Shown: positions 27,401-40,700 of the stretch, piece after piece
Layout: each line of letters opens with the position of its first letter
Numbering within the stretch: position 1 is the first letter of the stretch
NCBI GenBank assembly: GCA_040954595.2
Contig: CM082584.2
Coordinates: forward strand, 13,509,337-13,573,336
Direction of reading: 5' to 3'
Source of the DNA: Balanoglossus misakiensis
Taxonomy: Eukaryota > Animalia > Hemichordata
Length of the DNA stretch: 64,000 nt
Notes under the pieces: model-generated
What the model saw: only the letters and a program-made list of their open reading frames with translations
Databases searched by the model: none
What the model was told of the DNA's origin: nothing
Position numbers and translations under genes: made by a program

Positions 27401-28759
27401 TTTTCAAAAAATGACCAAATTTTCAAAATTCGAAAAGTCGAAAAATCTTCGAATTTTGACGATTTTCCTGAGCTATAACCCATGGTTTTTTCAAAAAATG
27501 ACCAAATTTTCAAAATTCGCAAAGTCGAAAAATCCTCGATTTTTGAACATTTTCCTGAGCTATAACCCATGGTTTTTTCAAAAAATGACCAAATTTTCAA
27601 AATTCGCAAAGTCGAAAAATCCTCGATTTTTGAACATTTTCCTGAGCTATAACCCATGGTTTTTTCAAAAAATGACCAAATTTTCAAAATTCGCAAAGTC
27701 GAAAAATCCTCGATTTTTGAACATTTTCCTGAGCTATAACCCATGGTTTTTTCAAAAAATGACCAAATTTTGAAAATTCGCAAAGTCGAAAAATCCTCGA
27801 TTTTTGAACATTTTCCTGAGCTATAACCCATGGTTTTTTCAAAAAATGACCAAATTTTGAAAATTCGCAAAGTCGAAAAATCTTCGAATTTTGACGATTT
27901 TCCTGAGCTATAACCCATGGTTTTTTCAGAAAATGACCAAATTTTCAAAATTCGCAAAGTCGAAAAATCCTCGATTTTTGAACATTTTCCTGTGCTATAA
28001 CCCATGGTTTTTTCAAAAAATGACCAAATTTTCAAAATTCGCAAAGTCGAAAAATCTTCGATTTTTGACGATTTTCCTGAGCTATAACCCATGGTTTTTT
28101 CAAAAAATGACCAAATTTTCAAAATTCGCTAAGTCGAAAAATCCTCGATTTTTGAACATTTTCCTGAGCTATAACCCATGGTTTTTTCAAAAAATGACCA
28201 AATTTTCAAAATTCGCTAAGTCGAAAAATCCTCGATTTTTGAACATTTTCCTGAGCTCTATAACCCATGCTTTTTCAAAAAATGACCAAATTTTCAAAAT
28301 TCGCAAAGTCGACAAATCTTCGAATTTTGACGATTTTCCTGAGCTATAACCCATGGTTTTTTCAAAAAATGACCAAATTTTCAAAATTCGCAAAGTCGAA
28401 AAATCCTCGATTTTTGAACATTTTCCTGAGCTATAACCCATGGTGTTTTCAAAAAATGACCAAATTTTCAAAATTCGCAAAGTCGAAAAATCCTCGATTT
28501 TTGAACATTTTCCTGAGCTATAACCCATGGTTTTTTCAAAAAATGACCAAATTTTCAAAATTCGCTAAGTCGAAAAATCCTCGATTTTTGAACATTTTCC
28601 TGAGCTGTAACCCATGGTTTTTTCAAAAAATGACCAAATTTTCAAAATTCGCAAAGTCGAAAAATCCTCGATTTTTGAACATTTTCCTGAGCTATAACCC
28701 ATGGTTTTTTTCAAAAAATGACCAAATTTTCAAAATTCGCAAAGTCGAAAAATCCTCGA
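3496..28759 (+). repeat. 87-bp tandem satellite, left arm (about 290 monomers)
   Basis: Consensus CCATGGTTTTTTCAAAAAATGACCAAATTTTCAAAATTCGCAAAGTCGAAAAATCCTCGATTTTTGAACATTTTCCTGAGCTATAAC (87 nt), repeated head-to-tail with recurring variants. Copy number is length divided by 87. Confidence 0.98.
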
Positions 28760-28780
28760 ATATTCATGAAAAACCAAACG
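28760..28780. other. 21-bp non-repeat spacer at the inversion point of the satellite
   Basis: ...GTCGAAAAATCCTCGA|ATATTCATGAAAAACCAAACG|TTTTCGACTTTGCG...; monomer orientation reverses across it. Confidence 0.9.
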
Positions 28781-31700
28781 TTTTCGACTTTGCGAATTTT
28801 GAAAATTTGGTCATTTTTTGAAAAAACCATGGGTTATAGCTCAGGAAAATGTTCAAAAATCGAAGATTTTTCGACTTTGCGAATTTTGAAAATTTGGTCA
28901 TTTTTTGAAAAAACCATGGGTTATAGCACAGGAAAATCGTCAGAAAATGAGAATTTTTCGACTTTGCGAATTTTCAAAATTTCGTCATTTTTTGAAAAAA
29001 CCATGGGTTATAGCTCAGGAAAATCGTCAAAAATCGAAGATTTGTCGACTTTGCGAATTTCGAAAATTTGGTCATTTTTTGAAAAAACCATGGGTTATAG
29101 CTCAGGAAAATGTTCAAAAATCGAGGATTTTTCGACTTTGGGAATTTTGAAAATTTGATCATTTTTTGAAAAAAAACATGGGTTATAGCTCAGGAAAATC
29201 GTCAAAAATCGAAGATTTGTCAACTTTGCGAATTTTGAAAATTTGGTCATTTTTTGAAAAAACCATGGGTTATAGCTCAGGAAAATCCTCAAAAATCGAA
29301 GATTTTTCGACTTTGCGAATTTTGAAAATTTGGTCATTTTTTGAAAAACCATGGGTTATAGCTCAGGAAAATCGTCAAAAATCGAAGATTTTTCGACTTT
29401 GCGAATTTTGAAAATTTGGTCATTTTTTGAAAAAACCATGGGTTATAGCTCAGGAAAATCGTCAAAAATCGAAGATTTTTCGACTTTGCGAATTTTGAAA
29501 ATTTGGTCATTTTTTGAAAAAACCATGGGTTATAGCTCAGGAAAATGTTCAAAAATCGAGGATTTTTCGACTTTGGGAATTTTGAAAATTTGGTCATTTT
29601 TTGAAAAAAACCATGGGTTATAGCTCAGGAAAATCGTCAAAAATCGAAGATTTTTCGACTTTGCGAATTTTGAAAATTTGGTCATTTTTTGAAAAAACCA
29701 TGGGTTATAGCTCAAGAAAATCGTCAAAAATCGAAGATTTGTCGACTTCGCGAATTTCGAAAATTTGGTCATTTTTTGAAAAAACCATGCGTTATAGCTC
29801 AGGAAAATGTTCAAAAATCGAGGATTTTTCGACTTTGGGAATTTTGAAAATTTGGTCATTTTTTGAAAAAAACCATGGGTTATAGCTCAGGAAAATCGTC
29901 AAAAATCGAAGATTTGTCGACTTTGCGAATTTTCAAAATTTCGTCATTTTTTGAAAAAACCATGGGTTATAGCTCAGGAAAATCGTCAAAAATCGAAGAT
30001 TTGTCGACTTTGCGAATTTCGAAAATTTGGTCATTTTTTGAAAAAACCATGGGTTATAGCTCAGGAAAATGTTCAAAAATCGAGGATTTTTCGACTTTGG
30101 GAATTTTGAAAATTTGATCATTTTTTGAAAAAAAACATGGGTTATAGCTCAGGAAAATCGTCAAAAATCGAAGATTTGTCAACTTTGCGAATTTTGAAAA
30201 TTTGGTCATTTTTTGAAAAAACCATGGGTTATAGCTCAGGAAAATCCTCAAAAATCGAAGATTTTTCGACTTTGCGAATTTTGAAAATTTGGTCATTTTT
30301 TGAAAAACCATGGGTTATAGCTCAGGAAAATCGTCAAAAATCGAAGATTTTTCGACTTTGCGAATTTTGAAAATTTGGTCATTTTTTGAAAAAACCATGG
30401 GTTATAGCTCAGGAAAATCGTCAAAAATCGAAGATTTTTCGACTTTGCGAATTTTGAAAATTTGGTCATTTTTTGAAAAAACCATGGGTTATAGCTCAGG
30501 AAAATGTTCAAAAATCGAGGATTTTTCGACTTTGGGAATTTTGAAAATTTGGTCATTTTTTGAAAAAAACCATGGGTTATAGCTCAGGAAAATCGTCAAA
30601 AATCGAAGATTTTTCGACTTTGCGAATTTTGAAAATTTGGTCATTTTTTGAAAAAACCATGGGTTATAGCTCAAGAAAATCGTCAAAAATCGAAGATTTG
30701 TCGACTTCGCGAATTTCGAAAATTTGGTCATTTTTTGAAAAAACCATGCGTTATAGCTCAGGAAAATGTTCAAAAATCGAGGATTTTTCGACTTTGGGAA
30801 TTTTGAAAATTTGGTCATTTTTTGAAAAAAACCATGGGTTATAGCTCAGGAAAATCGTCAAAAATCGAAGATTTGTCGACTTTGCGAATTTTGAAAATTT
30901 GGTCATTTTTTGAAAAAACCATGGGTTATAGCTCAGGAAAATCGTCAAAAATCGAAGATTTGTCGACTTTGCGAATTTCGAAAATTTGGTCATTTTTTGA
31001 AAAAACCATGGGTTATAGCTCAGGAAAATCGTCAAAAATCGAAGATTTTTCGACTTTGCCAATTTTGAAAATTTGGTCATTTTTTGAAAAAACCATGGGT
31101 TATAGCTCAGGAAAATCGTCAAAAATCGAAGATTTGTCGACTTTGCGAATTTTGAAAATTTGGTCATTTTTTTAAAAAACCATGGGTTATAGCTCAGGAA
31201 AATCGTCAGAAAATGAGAATTTTTCGACTTTGCGAATTTTGAAAATTTGGTCATTTTTTGAAAAAACCATGGGTTATAGCTCAGGAAAATCGTCAAAAAT
31301 CGAAGATTTCTCTACTTTGCGAATTTTGAAAATTTGGTCATTTTTTGAAAAAACCATGGGTTATAGCTCAGGAAAATCGTCAAAAATCGAAGATTTGTCG
31401 ACATTGCGAATTTTGAAAATTTGGTCATTTTTTGAAAAAACCATGGGTTATATATAGCTCAGGAAAATCGTCAAAAATCGAAGATTTTTCGACTTTGCGA
31501 ATTATGAAAATTTGGTCATTTTTTGAAAAAACCATGGGTTATAGCTCAGGAAAATCGTCAAAAATCGAAGATTTTTCGACTTTGCGAATTTCGAAAATTT
31601 GGTCATTTTTTGAAAAAACCATGGGTTATAGCTCAGGAAAATCGTCAGAAAATGAGAATTTTTCGACTTTGCGAATTTTCAAAATTTGGTCATTTTTTGA

Positions 31701-34700
31701 AAAAACCATGGGTTATAGCTCAGGAAAATCGTCAAAAATGGAAGATTTTTCGACTTTGCGAATTTTGAAAATTTGGTCATTTTTTGAAAAAACCATGGGT
31801 TATAGCTCAGGAAAATGTTCAAAAATCGAGGATTTTTCGACTTTGGGAATGTTGAAAATTTGGTCATTTTTTGAAAAAAACCATGGGTTATAGCTCAGGA
31901 AAATCGTCAAAAATCGAAGATTTGTCGACTTTGCGAATTTTGAAAATTTGGTCATTTTTTGAAAAAACCATGGGTTATAGCTCAGGAAAATGTTCAAAAA
32001 TCGAGGATTTTTCGACTTTGGGAATTTTGAAAATTTGGTCATTTTTTGAAAAAAACCATGGGTTATAGCTCAGGAAAATCGTCAAAAATCGAAGATTTTT
32101 CGACTTTGCGAATTTTGAAAATTTGGTCATTTTTTGAAAAAACCATGGGTTATAGCTCAGGAAAATCGTCAAAAATCGAAGATTTTTCGACTTTGCGAAG
32201 TTTGAAAATTTGGTCATTTTTTGAAAAAAACATGGGTTATAGCTCAGGAAAATCGTCAAAAATCGAAGATTTTTCGACTTTGCGAATTTTGAAAATTTGG
32301 TCATTTTTTGAAAAAACCATGGGTTATAGCTCAGGAAAATGTTCAAAAATCGAGGATTTTTCGACTTTGGGAATTTTGAAAATTTGGTCAATTTTTGAAA
32401 AAAAACCATGGGTTATAGCTCAGGAAAATCGTCAAAAATCGAAGATTTTTCGACTTTGCGAATTTTGAAAATTTGGTCATTTTTTGAAAAAACCATGGGT
32501 TATAGCTCAGGAAAATCGTAAAAAATCGAAGATTTGTCGACTTTTCGAATTTCGAAAATTTGGTCATTTTTTGAAAAAACCATGGGTTATAGCTCAGGAA
32601 AATGTTCAAAAATCGAGGATTTTTCGACTTTGCGAATTTTCAAAATTTGGTCATTTTTTGAAAAAACCATAGGTTATAGCTCAGGAAAATCGTCAAAAAT
32701 CGAAGATTTTTCGACTTTGCGAATTTTCAAAATTTGGTCATTTTTTGAAAAAACCATAGGTTATAGCTCAGGAAAATCGTCAAAAATCGAAGATTTTTCG
32801 ACTTTGCGAATTTTGAAAATTTGGTCATTTTTTGAAAAAACCATGGGTTATAGCTCAGGAAAATCGTCAAAAATCGAAGATTTGTCGACTTTGCGAATTT
32901 CGAAAATTTGGTCATTTTTTGAAAAAACCATGGGTTATAGCTCAGGAAAATCGTCAGAAAATGAGAATTTTTCGACTTTGCGAATTTTCAAAATTTCGTC
33001 ATTTTTTGAAAAAACCATGGGTTATAGCTCAGGAAAATCGTCAAAAATCGAAGATTTGTCGACTTTGCGAATTTTGAAAATTTGGTCATTTTTTGAAAAA
33101 ACCATGGGTTATAGCTCAGGAAAATCGTCAAAAATCGAAGATTTGTCGACTTTGCGAATTTTGAAAATTTGGTCATTTTTTGAAAAAACCATGGGTTATA
33201 GCTCAGGAAAATCGTCAAAAATCGAAGATTTGTCGACTTTGCGAATTTCGAAAATTTGGTCATTTTTTGAAAAAACCATGGGTTATAGCTCAGGAAAATC
33301 GTCAAAAATCGAAGATTTTTCGACTTTGCGAATTTTGAAAATTTGGTCATTTTTTGAAAAAACCATGGGTTATAGCTCAGGAAAATCGTAAAAAATCGAA
33401 GATTTGTCGACTTTGCGAATTTCGAAAATTTGGTCATTTTTTGAAAAAACCATGGGTTATAGCTCAGGAAAATGTTCAAAAATCGAGGATTTTTCGACTT
33501 TGCGAATTTTCAAAATTTGGTCATTTTTTGAAAAAACCATAGGTTATAGCTCAGGAAAATCGTCAAAAATCGAAGATTTTTCGACTTTGCGAATTTTCAA
33601 AATTTGGTCATTTTTTGAAAAAACCATAGGTTATAGCTCAGGAAAATCGTCAAAAATCGAAGATTTTTCGACTTTGCGAATTTTGAAAATTTGGTCATTT
33701 TTTGAAAAAACCATGGGTTATAGCTCAGGAAAATCGTCAAAAATCGAAGATTTGTCGACTTTGCGAATTTCGAAAATTTGGTCATTTTTTGAAAAAACCA
33801 TGGGTTATAGCTCAGGAAAATCGTCAGAAAATGAGAATTTTTCGACTTTGCGAATTTTCAAAATTTCGTCATTTTTTGAAAAAACCATGGGTTATAGCTC
33901 AGGAAAATCGTCAAAAATCGAAGATTTTTCGACTTTGCGAATTTTGAAAATTTGGTCATTTTTTGAAAAAACCATGGGTTATAGCTCAGGAAAATCGTCA
34001 AAAATCGAAGATTTTTCGACTTTGCCAATTTTGAAAATTTTGTCATTTTTTGAAAAAACCATGGGTTATAGCTCAGGAAAATCGTCAAAAATCGAAGATT
34101 TGTCGACTTTGCGAATTTTGAAAATTTGGTCATTTTTTGAAAAAACCATGGGTTATAGCTCAGGAAAATCGTCAAAAATCGAAGATTTTTCGACTTTGCG
34201 AATTTTGAAAATTTGGTCATTTTTTGAAAAAACCATGGGTTATAGCTCAGGAAAATCGTCAAAAATCGAAGATTTTTCGACTTTGGGAATTTTGAAAATT
34301 TGGTCATTTTTTGAAAAAACCATGGGTTATAGCTCAGGAAAATCGTCAAAAATCGAAGATTTTTCGACTTTGCCAATTTTGAAAATTTTGTCATTTTTTG
34401 AAAAAACCATGGGTTATAGCTCAGGAAAATCGTCAAAAATCGAAGATTTGTCGACTTTGCGAATTTTGAAAATTTGGTCATTTTTTGAAAAAACCATGGG
34501 TTATAGCTCAGGAAAATCGTCAAAAATCGAAGATTTGTCGACTTTGCGAATTTTGAAAATTTGGTCATTTTTTGAAAAAAACCATGGGTTATAGCTCAGG
34601 AAAATCGTCAAAAATCGAAGATTTTTCGACTTTGCGAATTTCGAAAATTTGGTCTTTTTTTGAAAAAACCATGGGTTATAGCTCAGGAAAATCGTCAGAA

Positions 34701-37700
34701 AATGAGAATTTTTCGACTTTGCGAATTTTCAAAATTTCGTCATTTTTTGAAAAAACCATGGGTTATAGCTCAGGAAAATCGTCAAAAATCCAAGATTTTT
34801 CGACTTTGCGAATTTTGAAAATTTGGTCATTTTTTGAAAAAACCATGGGTTATAGCTCAGGAAAATGTTCAAAAATCGAGGATTTTTCGACTTTGGGAAT
34901 TTTGAAAATTTGGTCATTTTTTGAAAAAAACCATGGGTTATAGCTCAGGAAAATCGTCAAAAATCGAAGATTTTTCGACTTTGCGAATTTTGAAAATTTG
35001 GTCATTTTTTGAAAAAACCATGGGTTATAGCTCAGGAAAATCGTCAAAAATCGAAGATTTGTCGACTTTGCGAATTTCGAAAATTTGGTCATTTTTTGAA
35101 AAAACCATGGGTTATAGCTCTGGAAAATCGTCAGAAAATGAGAATTTTTCGACTTTGCGAATTTTGAAAATTTGGTCATTTTTTGAAAAAACCATGGGTT
35201 ATAGCTCAGGAAAATCGTCAAAAATCGAACATTTGTCGACTTTGCGAATTTTGAAAATTTGGTCATTTTTTGAAAAAACCATGGGTTATAGCTCAGGAAA
35301 ATGTTCAAAAATCGAGGATTTTCGACTTTGCGAATTTTCAAAATTTGGTCATTTTTTGAAAAAAACCATGGGTTATAGCTCAGGAAAATCGTCAAAAATC
35401 GAAGATTTTTCGACTTTGCGAATTTTGAAAATTTTTGTCATTTTTTGAAAAAACCATGGGTTATAGCTCAGGAAAATCGTCAAAAATCGAAGATTTTTCG
35501 ACTTTGCGAATTTTGAAAATTTGGTCATTTTTTGAAAAAACCATGGGTTATAGCTCAGGAAAATCGTCAAAAATCGAAGATTTGTCGACTTTGCGAATTT
35601 TGAAAATTTGGTCATTTTTTGAAAAAAACCATGGGTTATAGCTCAGGAAAATCGTCAGAAAATGAGAATTTTTCGACTTTGCGAATTTTGAAAATTTGGT
35701 CATTTTTTGAAAAAACCATGGGTTATAGCTCAGGAAAATCGTCAAAAATCGAAGATTTGTCTACTTTGCGAATTTTGAAAATTTGGTCATTTTTTGAAAA
35801 AACCATGGGTTATAGCTCAGGAAAATCGTCAAAAATCGAAGATTTGTCGACTTTGCGAATTTTGAAAATTTGGTCATTTTTTGAAAAAACCATGGGTTAT
35901 AGCTCAGGAAAATCGTCAAAAATCGAAGATTTTTCGACTTTGCGAATTTTGAAAATTTGGTCATTTTTTGAAAAAACCATGGGTTATAGCTCAGGAAAAT
36001 CGTCAAAAATCGAAGATTTTTCGACTTTGCGAATTTCGAAAATTTGGTCATTTTTTGAAAAAACCATGGGTTATAGCTCAGGAAAATCGTCAGAAAATGA
36101 GAATTTTTCGACTTTGCGAATTTTCAAAATTTCGTCATTTTTTGAAAAAACCATGGGTTATAGCTCAGGAAAATCGTCAAAAATCGAAGATTTTTCGACT
36201 TTGCGAATTTTGAAAATTTGGTCATTTTTTGAAAAAACCATGGGTTATAGCTCAGGAAAATGTTCAAAAATCGAGGATTTTTCGACTTTGGGAATTTTGA
36301 AAATTTGGTCATTTTTTGAAAAAAACTATGGGTTATAGCTCAGGAAAATCGTCAAAAATCGAGGATTTTTCGACTTTGCGAATTTTGAAAATTTGGTCAT
36401 TTTTTGAAAAAACCATGGGTTATAGCTCAGGAAAATCGTCAAAAATCGAAGATTTGTCGACTTTGCGAATTTCGAAAATTTGGTCATTTTTTGAAAAAAC
36501 CATGGGTTATAGCTCAGGAAAATCGTCAGAAAATGAGAATTTTTCGACTTTGCGAATTTTCAAAATTTGGTCATTTTTTGAAAAAACCATGGGTTATAGC
36601 TCAGAAAAATGTTCTCAGGAAAATCGTCAAAAATCGAAGATTTGTCGACTTTGCGAATTTTGAAAATTTGGTCATTTTTTGAAAAAACCATGGGTTATAG
36701 CTCAGGAAAATGTTCAAAAATCGAGGATTTTTCGACTTTGCGAATTTTGAAAATTTGGTCATTTTTTGAAAAAACCATGGGTTATAGCTCAGGAAAATGT
36801 TCAAAAATCGAGGATTTTTCGACTTTGGGAATTTTGAAAATTTGGTCATTTTTTGAAAAAAACTATGGGTTATAGCTCAGGAAAATCGTCAAAAATCGAG
36901 GATTTTTCGACTTTGCGAATTTTGAAAATTTGGTCATTTTTTGAAAAAACCATGGGTTATAGCTCAGGAAAATCGTCAAAAATCGAAGATTTGTCGACTT
37001 TGCGAATTTCGAAAATTTGGTCATTTTTTGAAAAAACCATGGGTTATAGCTCAGGAAAATCGTCAGAAAATGAGAATTTTTCGACTTTGCGAATTTTCAA
37101 AATTTGGTCATTTTTTGAAAAAACCATGGGTTATAGCTCAGAAAAATGTTCTCAGGAAAATCGTCAAAAATCGAAGATTTGTCGACTTTGCGAATTTTGA
37201 AAATTTGGTCATTTTTTGAAAAAACCATGGGTTATAGCTCAGGAAAATGTTCAAAAATCGAGGATTTTTCGACTTTGGGAATTTTGAAAATTTGGTCATT
37301 TTTTGAAAAAAACCATGGGTTATAGCTCAGGAAAATCGTCAAAAATCGAAGATTTTTCGACTTTGCGAATTTTGAAAATTTGGTCATTTTTTGAAAAACC
37401 ATGGGTTATTGCTCAGGAAAATCGTCAAAAATCGAAGATTTTTCGACTTTGCGAATTTTGAAAATTTCGTCAATTTTTGAAAAAACCATGGGTTATAGCT
37501 CAGGAAAATCGTCAGAAAATGAGAATTTTTCGACTTTTCGAATTTTCAAAATTTCGTCGATTTTTGAAAAAACCATGGGTTATAGCTCAGGAAAATCGTC
37601 AGAAAATGAGAATTTTCCGACTTTGCGAATTTTCAAAATTTCGTCGATTTTTTGAAAAAAACCATGGGTTATAGATCAGGAAAATCGTCAAAAATCGAAG

Positions 37701-40700
37701 ATTTTTCGACTTTGCGAATTTTGAAAATTTGGTCATTTTTTGAAAAAACCATGGGTTATAGCTCAGGAAAATCGTCAAAAATCGAAGATTTGTCGACTTT
37801 GCGAATTTCGAAAATTTGGTCATTTTTTGAAAAAACCATGGGTTATAGCTCAGGAAAATCGTCAGAAAATGAGAATTTTTCGACTTTGCGAATTTTGAAA
37901 ATTTGGTCATTTTTTGAAAAAACCATGGGTTATAGCTCAGGAAAATCGTCAAAAAACGAAGATTTGTCGACTTTGCGAATTTTGAAAATTTGGTCATTTT
38001 TTGAAAAAACCATGGGTTATAGCTCAGGAAAATGTTCAAAAATCGAGGATTTTTCGACTTTGGGAATTTTGAAAATTTGGTCATTTTTTGAAAAAAACCA
38101 TGGGTTATAGCTCAGGAAAATCGTCAAAAATCGAAGATTTTTCGACTTTGCGAATTTTGAAAATTTGGTCATTTTCTGAAAAAACCATGGGTTATAGCTC
38201 AGGAAAATCGTCAAAAATCGAAGATTTTTCGACTTTGCGAATTTTGAAAATTTGGTCATTTTTTGAAAAAACCATGGGTTATAGCTCAGGAAAATCGTCA
38301 AAAATCGAAGATTTGTCGACTTTGCGAATTTTGAAAATTTGGTCATTTTTTGAAAAAACCATGGGTTATAGCTCAGGAAAATGTTCAAAAATCGAGGATT
38401 TTTCGACTTTGGGAATTTTGAAAATTTGGTCATTTTTTGAAAAAAAACCATGGGTTATAGCTCAGGAAAATCGTCAAAAATCGAAGATTTTTCGACTTTG
38501 CGAATTTTGAAAATTTGGTCATTTTTTGAAAAAACCATGGGTTATAGCTCAGGAAAATCGTAAAAAATCGAAGATTTGTCGACTTTGCGAATTTCGAAAA
38601 TTTGGTCATTTTTTGAAAAAACCATGGGTTATAGCTCAGGAAAATGTTCAAAAATCGAGGATTTTTCGACTTTGCGAATTTTCAAAATTTGGTCATTTTT
38701 TGAAAAAACCATGGGTTATAGCTCAGGAAAATCGTCAAAAATCGAAGATTTTTCGACTTTGCGAATTTTGAAAATTTGGTCATTTTTTGAAAAACCATGG
38801 GTTAAAGCTCAGGAAAATCGTCAAAAATCGAAGATTTTTCGACTTTGCGAATTTTGAAAATTTCGTCAATTTTTGAAAAAACCATGGGTTATAGCTCAGG
38901 AAAATCGTCAGAAAATGAGAATTTTTCGACTTTTCGAATTTTCAAAATTTCGTCGATTTTTGAAAAAACCATGGGTTATAGCTCAGGAAAATCGTCAGAA
39001 AATGAGAATTTTCCGACTTTGCGAATTTTCAAAATTTCGTCGATTTTTTGAAAAAAACCATGGGTTATAGCTCAGGAAAATCGTCAAAAATCGAAGATTT
39101 TTCGACTTTGCGAATTTTGAAAATTTGGTCATTTTTTGAAAAAACCATGGGTTATAGCTCAGGAAAATCGTCAAAAATCGAAGATTTTTCGACTTTGCGA
39201 ATTTTGAAAATTTGGTCATTTTTTGAAAAAACCATGGGTTATAGCTCAGGAAAATCGTAAAAAATCGAAGATTTGTCGACTTTGCGAATTTCGAAAATTT
39301 GGTCATTTTTTGAAAAAACCATGGGTTATAGCTCAGGAAAATGTTCAAAAATCGAGGATTTTTCGACTTTGCGAATTTTCAAAATTTGGTCATTTTTTGA
39401 AAAAACCATGGGTTATATAGCTCAGGAAAATCGTCAAAAATCGAAGATTTTTCGACTTTGCGAATTTTGAAAATTTGGTCATTTTTTGAAAAACCATGGG
39501 TTATAGCTCAGGAAAATCGTCAAAAATCGAAGATTTTTCGACTTTGCGAATTTTGAAAATTTCGTCAATTTTTGAAAAAACCATGGGTTATAGCTCAGGA
39601 AAATCGTCAGAAAATGAGAATTTTTCGACTTTTCGAATTTTCAAAATTTCGTCGATTTTTGAAAAAACCATGGGTTATAGCTCAGGAAAATCGTCAAAAA
39701 ACGAAGATTTGTCGACTTTGCGAATTTTCAAAATTTGGTCATTTTTTGTAAAAACCATGGGTTATAGCTCAGGAAAATCGTCAAAAAACGAAGATTTGTC
39801 GACTTTGCGAATTTTGAAAATTTGGTCATTTTTTGAAAAAACCATGGGTTATAGCTCAGGAAAATGTTCAAAAATCGAGGATTTTTCGACTTTGGGAATT
39901 TTGAAAATTTGGTCATTTTTTGAAAAAACCATGGATTATAGCTCAGGAAAATCGTCAAAAATCGAAGATTTTTCGACTTTGCGAATTTTGAAAATTTGGT
40001 CATTTTTTGAAAAAACCATGGGTTATAGCTCAGGAAAATCGTCAAAAATCGAAGATTTTTCGACTTTGCGAATTTTGAAAATTTGGTCATTTTTTGAAAA
40101 AACCATGGGTTATAGCTCAGGAAAATGTTCAAAAATCGAAGATTTTTCGACTTTGCGAATTTTGAAAATTTGGTCATTTTTTGAAAAAACCATGGGTGAT
40201 AGCTCAGGAAAATCGTCAAAAATCGAAGATTCGTCGACTTTGCGAATTTTGAAAATTTGGTCATTTTTTGAAAAAACCATGGGTTATAGCTCAGGAAAAT
40301 GTTCAAAAATCGAGGATTTTTCGACTTTGGGAATTTTGAAAATTTGGTCATTTTTTGAAAAAAAAACATGGGTTATAGCTCAGGAAAATCGTCAAAAATC
40401 GAAGATTTGTCGACTTTGCGAATTTTGAAAATTTGGTCATTTTTTGAAAAAACCATGGGTTATAGCTCAGGAAAATCGTAAAAAATCGAAGATTTGTCGA
40501 CTTTGCGAATTTCGAAAATTTGGTCATTTTTTGAAAAAACCATGGGTTATAGCTCAGGAAAATCGTCAAAAATCGAAGATTTTTCGACTTTGCGAATTTT
40601 GAAAATTTGGTCATTTTTTGAAAAACCATGGGTTATTGCTCAGGAAAATCGTCAAAAATCGAAGATTTTTCGACTTTGCGAATTTTGAAAATTTCGTCAA

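Noticed and set aside
28752-28780. Palindrome as a chimeric fold-back read artefact
   Set aside because: The arms differ in length, variant composition and higher-order structure, so they are not copies of one molecule. A mis-join between two arrays still needs checking with reads.
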